Assembly (NCBI GenBank): GCA_963815195.1 | Contig: CAWFGE010000015.1 | Span: forward strand, 512,001 to 576,000 | Length of the DNA stretch: 64,000 bases | Direction: 5' to 3' | From: an uncultured Planctomycetaceae bacterium | Lineage (GTDB): Bacteria > Planctomycetota > Planctomycetia > Planctomycetales > Planctomycetaceae | Part shown: in pieces, positions 20,757-32,609 of the stretch | Position numbering within the stretch: the first letter of the stretch is position 1 | Layout: the number at the start of each line of letters is the position of its first letter | The notes under the pieces: generated by a model | Told to the model about the DNA's origin: nothing | Databases searched by the model: none | What the model saw: only the letters and a program-made list of their open reading frames with translations | Translations under genes and position numbers: made by a program

Positions 20757-20930
20757 GTTTGCATTCCTCTTGGTTGCAGAGTGAAAAGGGAAGGCGAGAA
20801 AAACGAGAATCTTGTCTCCGAATTTAACAAATTATACGCATGTCAAGGCGGAGATTTTCAAACAATTCTCTGCAAAGAGGTCTTTTTCTGAATAAATGTA
20901 CCCTGCATCCTCGGTTGGGCGGAAACCGCG

Positions 20931-21383
20931 TCAGTCCTCGGAGCCGACTTCGACTTCCTCCTCTTCGTCGGCTGCGGATTCTACTTCCCGCTTTTCGGCC
21001 ACCTCGTCGTCATAGGCCGAGCGCTGGATTTCCGCGTCGGGGGAGAGGGTGGCGGAGATGGCATCATACATGGTTTGGGAATGGCGGATCACCAGGTGCC
21101 GAATCACCAGGTCGCTGAGCCGGACCGAGCGGGCCAGGTCGTTCACGCCGGAACCGGGCATGCTTAAGAGGAAGAGAATATGGGTGCCTTTGCGATGGCC
21201 GTCGACCTCGTAGGCGAGTCGGCCGTCCTGCCACGGGCGGGCGACCTGCACCGTGCCGCCGGCTTTTTCGAGCATCGCGGTGAGTTCTTTCACGACGCCT
21301 TCATGGTCGGTCGCATAGCGGGTGCTGTCCACGAGGAACATGCACTCGTAAAGGTAATCTGGTGTGCCGTTTGTCGCTGCCAA
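20931..21383 (-). CDS. rpsF: 30S ribosomal protein S6
   Basis: YECMFLVD, WQDGRLAYEV, VIRHLVIR, acidic tail; TTG start after AGGAG. Confidence 0.93.
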   Translation of the reverse strand: MAATNGTPDYLYECMFLVDSTRYATDHEGVVKELTAMLEKAGGTVQVARPWQDGRLAYEVDGHRKGTHILFLLSMPGSGVNDLARSVRLSDLVIRHLVIRHSQTMYDAISATLSPDAEIQRSAYDDEVAEKREVESAADEEEEVEVGSED

Positions 21384-21461
21384 GATATTTCTCCTGTGTT
21401 GCTGGCCCAGTCTGCCAATTTGCCAACATTGAGTTGTACTAAGTTTTCGCCGATTTTCAAT

Positions 21462-21593
21462 GGCGAGCGGACCAACCTCGGGTCGGTGCCCGCATCAGCC
21501 CCATGACGCTTTGATTCTTCGTGGTCTTGTTTCCGATTTCGTCAATCGTTTCTGTTCTGGACAAAATCAGCCAGCTGACGCTGGCCGCTCGCC
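21462..21593. repeat. GGCGAGC-family REPIN
   Basis: GGCGAGCGG... and ATCAGCCAGCTGACGCTGGCCGCTCGCC arms, between pth and rpsF. Confidence 0.65.
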
Positions 21594-21594
21594 T

Positions 21595-22167
21595 TTACTC
21601 CTTCGGGGCTGCGTTGACGACGTTCATCGCTTTGCCGCAGCCTTGTTTGATCCAAAGTTCCACGCCGTCGGCGGCGGAGAGCACCGCCTCATCCATAATG
21701 TCCCGCTCTTCGGGAAAAAATCTGGCCAGGACATAATCCGCCGCGTTCATGCGTCCCGGAGGCCGGCCGATGCCGATCCTCAACCGGGGAAACTCCTCCG
21801 ACCCCAACTGCTGGATGATGTGTTTGAGTCCGTTCTGACCGCCGGCGGACCCGGACGCCCGCAGCCGGAGCCGGCCCACATCCAAATTCAAGTCGTCGCA
21901 CACGATCAACAGATCGGAGACCGGCAACTTGTAAAAATCGACGAGCGGCCAGACGCTCCGGCCGCTTAAGTTCATAAACGTCTGCGGGGCGACGAGCAGG
22001 ATTTTCTCGCCCTCCACGAAGATTTCGACGATCTCCGCCTCGTGTTTGAGGGACGGCGGCCCTCCGCCATGCCTCTTGGCCAGCTCGGCCACGACCTCGT
22101 AGCCGACGTTGTGCCGCGTGCCCCGATATTTCGCTCCCGGATTGCCCAATCCCACCACGATCTTCAT
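21595..22167 (-). CDS. pth: Peptidyl-tRNA hydrolase
   Basis: IVVGLGNPGAKYRGTRHNVG, PQTFMNLSG, RLRIGIGRP. Confidence 0.98.
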   Translation of the reverse strand: MKIVVGLGNPGAKYRGTRHNVGYEVVAELAKRHGGGPPSLKHEAEIVEIFVEGEKILLVAPQTFMNLSGRSVWPLVDFYKLPVSDLLIVCDDLNLDVGRLRLRASGSAGGQNGLKHIIQQLGSEEFPRLRIGIGRPPGRMNAADYVLARFFPEERDIMDEAVLSAADGVELWIKQGCGKAMNVVNAAPKE

Positions 22168-22313
22168 TGGTCCGATCCGGCCGCCTCGCTTGTCCGACTC
22201 CCTCAGTAGCCGAAGCGACAGCGAGGAAAGCCAAGTTACGGGAAAAACCCCCCGCTGGCGCTTCGGGCCCGGGAAGGATCATTCCAAAATCCGATTGCTC
22301 GGATCGTCGCGGT

Positions 22314-22945
22314 TTAGTCCTCCTCAGCTTGCGCCGCCCGGCCGATGACTTCCGGTTCCATGGGCCCGGCTTCCACTTCCTCGGCCCCTTCGGGAACGGC
22401 CCGAGGCTCGACGACCTGCACGATCACCGTGTCCGGCGGCAGATCGAACTGGGCATCGGCGGAAGCTCCAAATCCGAAAGATGCTTCGCATCCCCCAACT
22501 GCATGTCGCTGATCCTGACCACCAGCGAATCGGGAATCTCGAGCGCCAAAACTTCCATTTCCACTTCGTGAATGGGTTGCTCCAGGATGCCCCCGGATGT
22601 CACGCCCGGCGAAATCCCTTTGAGTTCGACCGGAACCGTCACCGCCACCCGCTCGTTGGGATCGATCCGCATCAGGTCGAAATGCAGGATTTCCGTGGCG
22701 AAGGTGTTCCATTGCACTTGGCGGAGGATCGTCTTCTCGACGTTGCCGTCGAGATTCACATCCACGATTTTGTGCCCGGAATGCACAGCCCGCGTCAGCG
22801 TGTCGCCATCCACGCTGATCGCCACCGAGCCTGCCTTGTGTCCGTAGATATTCCCTGGAATGCGGCCTTCCTGGCGAAGTTTCCGGCAAGTTCGCGAGCC
22901 AAGCCGGCTCCGGGTTTGAGCATTAAAAGTTGATGTTTCAGCCAT
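22314..22945 (-). CDS. rplY: 50S ribosomal protein L25/CTC; frameshift near 22455
   Basis: RKLRQEGRIPGNIYGH, ILHFDLMR, GGILEQ; C-terminus ...EPEVIGR is in a second frame. Confidence 0.93.
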
Positions 22946-23050
22946 GTTTCTGCCTCGGTGTGTGATTTCCTGAGAAGCGAGAAAGGATAGCGACTCCCGC
23001 CGCCGGTTTCAAGGCAGTGGCGAAATTCAGTCGTGCCAAATTACGGAAAA

Positions 23051-23281
23051 AGGACCGAAGGTCCGGCCCTATGTCAGCCCGCGGCGCAGCCGTGGGGAAC
23101 GGGAACGAACAAAATGCAAAAGCCCCAGCGGGGCGGTCCTAAGCCGGAGATACACAGAAGGCTCCGTGCGATTGAAGCGAGATAGGGCCGCCCCGCTGGG
23201 GCTTGCGTTTTATTCATCATCCGTAACCCAGGCCGGCGCTGCGCTTGGCCTGGGCTGACATAGAGCCGGGCCTTCGGCCCT
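23051..23281. repeat. Nested palindromic element (MITE/REPIN-like)
   Basis: Outer IR AGGACCGAAGGTCCGGCCCTATGTCAGCCC / GGGCTGACATAGAGCCGGGCCTTCGGCCCT; inner IR AAGCCCCAGCGGGGCGGTCCTA / TAGGGCCGCCCCGCTGGGGCTT. Confidence 0.8.
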
Positions 23282-23302
23282 AAATTCTCCCGATCTCCCG
23301 AT

Positions 23303-26510
<3,208 letters not shown>

Positions 26511-26567
26511 GCGAGTTGAATTCTTAATCCTAGTTTTGGACTCAATCTTAATCCCATTGGGTCAGCA

Positions 26568-27203
26568 TCAAGGCAGCAGCACATCGCTAACGGAGATGGC
26601 AACGACTCTTCCATCCGGCAGTGCCAAGGAAATATCATCTCCAGGCAAAAAGTTTTCCGTCTTTGCGTATTGTCCGCTGCCGATCTGGGGCTGGGTATAA
26701 ACCTCGATTTCATTCGACAACAAGTTGACAATCCAATAGGTAGGGATTCCCGCGTCGGCATAGATCTGCTGCTTCGTGCCGCGGTCCCGGCGGAGCGAAC
26801 TATCCGCCACTTCCATGACCGCCACGGTATCGACCGGCCCAGGATGTCGGTTCAAATAATCATCCAGATGGCCGGAGGCAATCGTGACATCGGGTTCTGG
26901 CTCGTTGTTGGGAGGAAGAGTGATCGGTTGTTGACAGAGTACATGAATCTGATTGGTCTCCACTTCTTTTTCCACAAGCTTAAACAATCGCATCACAATG
27001 ACAGAATGCCTGGTCCCCACATTCATTGGCTTTCCCCCCCGATCACGACGGTCCTTGAGCACCAACAACCCGTCAAGAAGTTCGATTTGCGAACCTTCTC
27101 CGAGGATTCCGTTTGCAATCATCTGGTGATATTGCTCTACCGTCAGCGGAGCCAACCCCGCATCGTTTCCCGCAATAATTTGTTCCAAAATCTCGATACC
27201 CAT
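26568..27203 (-). CDS. Uma2 family endonuclease
   Basis: LTVEQYHQMIANGIL...IELLDG, EPEPDV, EVADSSLRRDRGTKQQIYADAGIPTYWIVNL. Confidence 0.93.
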   Translation of the reverse strand: MGIEILEQIIAGNDAGLAPLTVEQYHQMIANGILGEGSQIELLDGLLVLKDRRDRGGKPMNVGTRHSVIVMRLFKLVEKEVETNQIHVLCQQPITLPPNNEPEPDVTIASGHLDDYLNRHPGPVDTVAVMEVADSSLRRDRGTKQQIYADAGIPTYWIVNLLSNEIEVYTQPQIGSGQYAKTENFLPGDDISLALPDGRVVAISVSDVLLP

Positions 27204-27209
27204 AAAGCC

Positions 27210-28919
27210 TCACTTGGCCGATAGCTCGGCGGGTTGTTCCTCTTGAAAATCGTTGCCGACTTCGCCGGCGTCTTTGAACAGCTTATATTCCACGCTATCC
27301 ACCAATGCCAGCCAACTGGCTTCGATGACGTTTTCGCTCACCCCCACGGTGCTCCAGACATCCTCCGCGTCCCGGCTTTCGATCACGACGCGCACGCGGG
27401 CCGCGGTGCCTTCGGTCGAGTTGATCACGCGCACCTTATAATCCACGAGGTGCATCGTTTTCAGGTTCGGATAGGCGGGCGTCAAGGCTTTGCGGAGGGC
27501 GGTGTCCAACGCATTCACCGGCCCGTCGCCATCGCCCACGACATGCTCGACCCGGCCATCGACTTCGAGTTTGATCGTCGCTTCCGTCAGCGGCAGGGCA
27601 CTCGGACCGCCCCCCCAAGCCGACGACTCGGTCGTCGGGACCGACGATAAATCGTCGGCTTGGACGAGTCGCCCGGTTTCGACGTTGACCCGGTAGTGAA
27701 TCCGCCGGAATTTCGGTTCGTAATTGCCCGCGAGTTTCTTCACCAACAGATCGAAGCTCGCCTCGGCCGCCTCGAACTGGTAGCCCGCGGCTTCCAGTTC
27801 CTGGACGGTCTCCAAAATCCGCTTCATCAATTCGCCGTCCTGATCCAAGCGGTATTTGGTCGTCTTGGCGACGATGTTGGATCGGCCGGAAAGCTCGCTG
27901 ACCAGCACCCGCCGTTCGTTGCCCACGAGTTCCGGGTCGATGTGCTCGTAGCTTTCGGTGATGCGGTTGACGGCGTGCACGTGCATCCCGCCTTTGTGGG
28001 CGAAGGCGCTCGACCCCACGAACGGCTGGTTCGGGCGGAAGTTCATGTTGGCCAATTCGTACACGTACCGGGACAACTCCGTGAGCCGGCGGACGTTTGG
28101 TTTTTGGGAAGAATCATGGGGCTGACGCCCCACGCTCGCCAGGACGTCGCGGTTCTTTTTGAGGGCCAGGTTGGCGATGACGCTGATCAAATCCGCGTTG
28201 CCGCAGCGTTCGCCCACGCCATTGATCGTGCCCTGCACCTGGATCGCCCCGTGATCCACCGCGGCCAGCGTGTTGGCGACCGCCACGTCGCAATCGTTGT
28301 GACAATGAATACCCACCGGGATCGAAATCGCCTTCCGCGCGGCCTCCACGAATTCCGCAATCCGCTCCGGAAGGCTGCCGCCGTTGGTGTCGCAGAGCAC
28401 GACCAGGTCGGCCCCGGCTTCCTCCGCGGCTTTCAGAGTCTCAAGGGCGTAATCCGGGTTCGCCGCGTAACCGTCGAAGAAATGCTCGGCGTCATAGATC
28501 ACCTCCCGGCCCTCCGCTTTGAGGAAACCGACCGAATCGAGGATCATCGCCAGGTTCTCCGCCCGGTCCACCCGCAGCACCTCGAGGACGTGCAAGTCCC
28601 AGGTCTTCCCGACGACCGTGCACACGGGGGCTTTGGAATCCCGGAGGGCGATCATGCCGATGTCGTCCTCGGCCGAGACGCCGCGCCGGCGGGTCATGCC
28701 GAACGCACAGACCTTGGCGTGTTTAAGGTCCAGGTCGGCCACCTTTTGAAAATACTCCTCGTCTTTCTGGTTGGACAGCGGGTAGCCGCCTTCGATGTAG
28801 TCGAAGCCCAGCCCGTCCAGCCTGGCCGTGATTTGCAGCTTGTCCTGGAGCGAAAAGTTCACGCCTTCGCCCTGGCTGCCGTCGCGAAGGGTCGTGTCGT
28901 AAATCTGAATGCGGGCCAT
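27210..28919 (-). CDS. cimA: Citramalate synthase
   Basis: YDTTLRDGSQGEG, YDAEHFFDGY, LCDTNGG, HCHND, AFAHKGGMHV, GDGPVNALD, DYKVRV. Confidence 0.93.
   Translation of the reverse strand: MARIQIYDTTLRDGSQGEGVNFSLQDKLQITARLDGLGFDYIEGGYPLSNQKDEEYFQKVADLDLKHAKVCAFGMTRRRGVSAEDDIGMIALRDSKAPVCTVVGKTWDLHVLEVLRVDRAENLAMILDSVGFLKAEGREVIYDAEHFFDGYAANPDYALETLKAAEEAGADLVVLCDTNGGSLPERIAEFVEAARKAISIPVGIHCHNDCDVAVANTLAAVDHGAIQVQGTINGVGERCGNADLISVIANLALKKNRDVLASVGRQPHDSSQKPNVRRLTELSRYVYELANMNFRPNQPFVGSSAFAHKGGMHVHAVNRITESYEHIDPELVGNERRVLVSELSGRSNIVAKTTKYRLDQDGELMKRILETVQELEAAGYQFEAAEASFDLLVKKLAGNYEPKFRRIHYRVNVETGRLVQADDLSSVPTTESSAWGGGPSALPLTEATIKLEVDGRVEHVVGDGDGPVNALDTALRKALTPAYPNLKTMHLVDYKVRVINSTEGTAARVRVVIESRDAEDVWSTVGVSENVIEASWLALVDSVEYKLFKDAGEVGNDFQEEQPAELSAK
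27614..27663. repeat. Y-shaped CCCAAGCCGAC palindromic element, in frame inside cimA
   Basis: CCCAAG-CCGACGAC-TCG-GTCGTCGG-GA-CCGACGAT-AA-ATCGTCGG-CTTGG. Confidence 0.9.
28114..28140. repeat. GGCGAGC-family REP, in frame inside cimA
   Basis: TCATGGGGCTGACGCCCCACGCTCGCC matches intergenic copies at about 12874 and 18051; encodes ASVGRQPHD. Confidence 0.85.
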
Positions 28920-28969
28920 GTTTTTCTCAGGGGTCAGGGACCAGAGGCTAGGGGTCAGAAGTCAAGGCG

Positions 28970-30519
28970 GGAACAGTCAGGACATAGGTGGCGCTTTTAG
29001 GTCAGGACATGGGTGGCGCTGGACTTCAGTTTCGGTTGGAACTCAACACGATGATGAGAACTCTTAAAGACCTTCCGGTTAAAGCGCCGAAGACTGCCTT
29101 ACCCACGAGGAGGATAGGGCTCTGCTGGGAAGCAACCCGAGCGCCGGCGTGGGGTCCGAAGCAGGAGGGAAGCGCACCACAGGGTTCGCTTCCCTTCTTG
29201 TCTTCCCCAACCTGCTTTGGACCCCAGGCGAAAAATCCTGGGGGTTTGGGGGCAAAGCCCCCAACAGTCTTACGACTTGACGGCTGTAAACTTCTGGGTT
29301 TCCAGGTCCACTTCGCCCAACCGCAGCCGGCAAAACCACAAGCCGTAACGCTTCGCCGCTTCGTACTTCAAGCCCACGTCCCAGCCGGCCAAGGCTTCCG
29401 AAACGGGGATGCGGATGTTGTGAACCTTGATCGCCCCGCTGGGGCCCACATGGCGGCGCAAATACTCCGCCGGGTACTCCAACACCAACTCGTCCGCCTC
29501 GAAGCGGCGCGGCGAGGGAACGTACAAATCGGCGGGAACCTGCATCCCCAGAGCCTCGTGCGGACGCTCGGTGTTGTAGGTGGCGCGCCATACGTCCAAG
29601 GCCGCCTGTTGGGAGGGGAGCGTGGCCTCGGCGTCGCATTCCAACTCCCAAGCAATGTCCCGATGCATTCGCTCGTGCGCGCCATTCTGATCCGGCCGCG
29701 CGGGCGGAATCCGATCCAGGTCCACGCCCAATGCCAGCCACCAGGCCGACAGACGGCTCAGACCCAATGGAGCCCGCGTGCAAGCAAACGGCGAGCCGTT
29801 GTCGCTGCGAATGACTTCCGGCAAGCCCTGCTGGAGGAACAATCGCTCGAACGCGCTCTGAACGGTCTGAGTGCGGCTGTTCTCCAAAGCCTGCGCACAA
29901 GAATGAAGCGGCTGTAAGCGTCGCGCACCGTCAAGGGCTCGAAGCGCATCCGATCCCCGGTGCGCCACCAGCCTTTGAAATCGACCGTCCAGACGTGATT
30001 GGGCCGCTCGGCTTCGAGACGGTTTTGAATCCGGCCCGACTCCACCGAAGCGCAACGCCGGCGGCGCTTGACCAAGCCCGCTTTGTCGAGCACCCGCTTG
30101 AACGTGCTTTCCGATGGCAGATCGACCTCGGGATGATTCCGACCAAACACGGCGCGGATCTTCCGTGGTCCCCAAGCCGGATGCGCCAGCTTCAACTTGA
30201 CCATCCGGCAAAGGGTTTCCTCGCCGACCTGATTCGGACTTTGAGCGGGTCGACGCGATTGATCGCCCAACCCCTCCAAGCCTTGTTCCAAAAAACGTTC
30301 TTTCCATTTGTAACCCGTCTTGCGGCTGATCCCATACTCCTGGCACAGCTCGGCAAATGGGACCTTCGACTCAAACACACGCAGCACAAACTCTGTCCGC
30401 AGATTCAAAACATCGACCTCTTTCTAGGGCATAATCTGGTCTCCTTTCGACCAGATTTTCCCTTAAAGTGTCACCTATGTCCTGAACCAGAACTGTTACC
30501 CATGTCCTGAACCTGTACC
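28970..30519 (-). mobile_element. IS481-family insertion sequence (~1.55 kb)
   Basis: Ends GGAACAGTCAGGACATAGGT / ACCCATGTCCTGAACCTGTACC, each with duplicated TCAGGACAT(A/G)GGT subterminal boxes; flanking 4-bp direct repeat GGCG. Confidence 0.85.
29270..30432 (-). pseudogene. IS481-family DDE transposase; TAG at codon 3 and frameshift near 29895
   Basis: ATG CCC TAG AAA GAG (expected MPWKE), HTH ELCQEYGISRKTGYKW, PNHVWTVDFKG, IRSDNGSPF, QNGAHERMHR, YNTERPHEAL. Confidence 0.9.
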
Positions 30520-30669
30520 GGCGAGCCGACCGGCATAAGCCGGCGGGTCACGCCGGGTGGGAGGGCAGGGACATTTCAGGATCGAAGACCAAGGATAGAT
30601 CACGAGAGACTGAATCCTCAACCCCCATTGAAAACTTAAAACCCGCCGGCGCACGCCGGTCGGCTCGCC
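30520..30669. repeat. GGCGAGC-family REPIN, target of the IS
   Basis: GGCGAGCCGACCGGCATAAGCCGGCGGGT ... ACCCGCCGGCGCACGCCGGTCGGCTCGCC. Confidence 0.8.
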
Positions 30670-30950
30670 GAACACCAACAAAAAAACCCCAGGCCAGTGC
30701 GACCTGAGGTGAACATTCTGGAGTTAGGAAAGACGCCTCACAGTCGCACGGTTGGCCCGGCAATAATCATGCCGCCAATTCCAATCACTTCGACCACAAC
30801 CCGACAGGGCAGGTGATTGAGAAAGGAAATGGAAGAACGCATGACACAATCCACGTAAATTGAGGATTCAATGATTGATAAAGGAATCCTACTCCCCCCG
30901 CCGATCCGTGTCAAACCTTGATGGCCCAAGATTTGAACACTCATGCAGTT

Positions 30951-31820
30951 TTAGCCCAAGAGCGTTTCGACCGGCACGCCCGTGAGTTCAGCGACCACCC
31001 GCACCACATCCTGGGCACGCACCCGGTTCTCGTCCGCCGATGCCTGAGTGCGGGCGAAGTTGACGTTCTCGCAAGCCCGGCGGAGAATTTTCAGAGCCTT
31101 GGCCGGATGCCGTTCGCTGAGCACGAACGCCGAGGCGAGGGCCACCGTGCGTCTCGGCACATCCTCATCCAGTCGCACCTGATGCTCGCGTTCCAGTTCA
31201 TCCCGTTTCGCTTCCAGAATGGCCAGGCTCTCTTCATCGCTTGGCTCATCGATTTCGATGCGGGTGATGAGGTCCGAAAGCTCGGCATCGCCGGCCAAGA
31301 GGTCTTGATATTCCCAAGTCGAGAGACTGCCGATCAATTGCAACCCCGACCGCGTGAGCACCGCCCGCAGGAAGGCCAGGTTATCGGCGGAGCGTTTGAG
31401 CAGCGGTCCCACGCCATCCAGACACAGCACCAGATTCTCCCAATCCCCCACCTCGCTGACGATTCGCTCGAGCACCGCCCGCCCATCTTCGGGCGGCACA
31501 CTCGAACAATCCAACCGCAAAAACCGCTTGTCGGCCAGAAACGGATACCGCCCCTCCGCCGCCCGCCGCGCCAGTTCGCGAAGCACGGTTGTCTTTCCCA
31601 CACCCCTGTCCCCCGTCAGCACCACATGCTTGGCTTCGGACCGAAACAGTGATCGGGCAATCTTCTCATATACGTCCCCCTCAGTAAAACTCCGCTCAAT
31701 CGCCGCAGGCAACCCATCGGACAAAGCCAAAAACGTCAAATCCTCGGCTCCCAACGCTTGCTGCATCGCTGGGGAAAGTCCCTCTAAATTATTCTCAAAG
31801 CGTGCTGCTTGATATTGCAT
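30951..31820 (-). pseudogene. ClpA/ClpB-like AAA+ ATPase, first module only (truncated)
   Basis: Walker A GDRGVGKT, LQLIGS, IEIDEPS, ERHPAKALKIL; ends at the D1-D2 linker VVAELTGVPV. Confidence 0.7.
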
Positions 31821-31892
31821 TGGTTCCGTGCCGTAGAAGAATTGGTGATTGAGGCAAAGGCCGCAATTGGCCATTGATATTGAATCCGTTGA

Positions 31893-32033
31893 CACGGGAT
31901 TCGGCGGTGAACAAGAGCTTGAGCAAAAAGCCCAAGCCGCCGCCGTCAGGCGTGCCGGTGTTCAAGCCGTGGAAGTCTGCTCAACCAGCACGCTTGCAGC
32001 CCTTCAAACCGGCACGCCCTGCGAAGTTCGTGG
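31893..32033. repeat. ~140-bp direct repeat, copy 1 (copy 2 at 35551-35692); possible small Lys/Pro-rich ORF 31907-32080 (+)
   Basis: 17 differences over 42 aligned codons between the two copies. Confidence 0.85.
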
Positions 32034-32069
32034 GAAATATCGAACATTCCCAATGGCGGTGCTCATTAC

Positions 32070-32594
32070 TCAAGGTATGATTTCGATTTCACCCTTGAGA
32101 AGGGCTTCTTTCACTCGACGGGTCACACGATAAGTTTTGAACTGATGCCATTCGGGCGTAGCCTCACGGACCCAGCTGAATACCTTTTCTGCCCATTTTT
32201 TGAAAGTTCGATCTTTATTAACAAGCGACTTTCCGTCATCACTCAAACGGGTCCAGTATGCAGCGAGGTTGAACTGTCCGAGCTTGTTGCCGTCTCGGAA
32301 ATTGCCACGACGATACCCGACCAAACACGAGTCCATGCTAGTAACACAAAATCTCGGTTGGCCTTCAAATTCGACTTGCTTGACTATTCGCTTCTCCGCA
32401 AAGTCTTCGAGACCGAATAATAGCTGGTCTGGGTCGTATCGAGAGATATAGTCATTCAACGGTTGAGGAACCAATTCGGATTCGGTCTCAACCGGACCTG
32501 ACGGAAATGCAACAACGCACCCCGTTCCGTTCAGGAACTCAATGAACTGTTGTTCTTCTTCTGGGAATTGCCAAAACGTCACTACAGAAGGCAT
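32070..32594 (-). CDS. Putative immunity protein for the RHS C-terminal toxin
   Basis: 174-aa low-GC ORF starting 15 bp after the RHS stop; no family recognised. Confidence 0.7.
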   Translation of the reverse strand: MPSVVTFWQFPEEEQQFIEFLNGTGCVVAFPSGPVETESELVPQPLNDYISRYDPDQLLFGLEDFAEKRIVKQVEFEGQPRFCVTSMDSCLVGYRRGNFRDGNKLGQFNLAAYWTRLSDDGKSLVNKDRTFKKWAEKVFSWVREATPEWHQFKTYRVTRRVKEALLKGEIEIIP

Positions 32595-32609
32595 AGCGTT
32601 ATCCGACTT

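Noticed and set aside
28928..28965. Degenerate heptamer repeats (GGGGTCA/GGGACCA/GAGGCTA)
   Set aside because: Short simple intergenic repeats with no further structure.
30740..30870. Possible YD-repeat remnant (HFDHNPTGQVIEK)
   Set aside because: Too short and degenerate to support.
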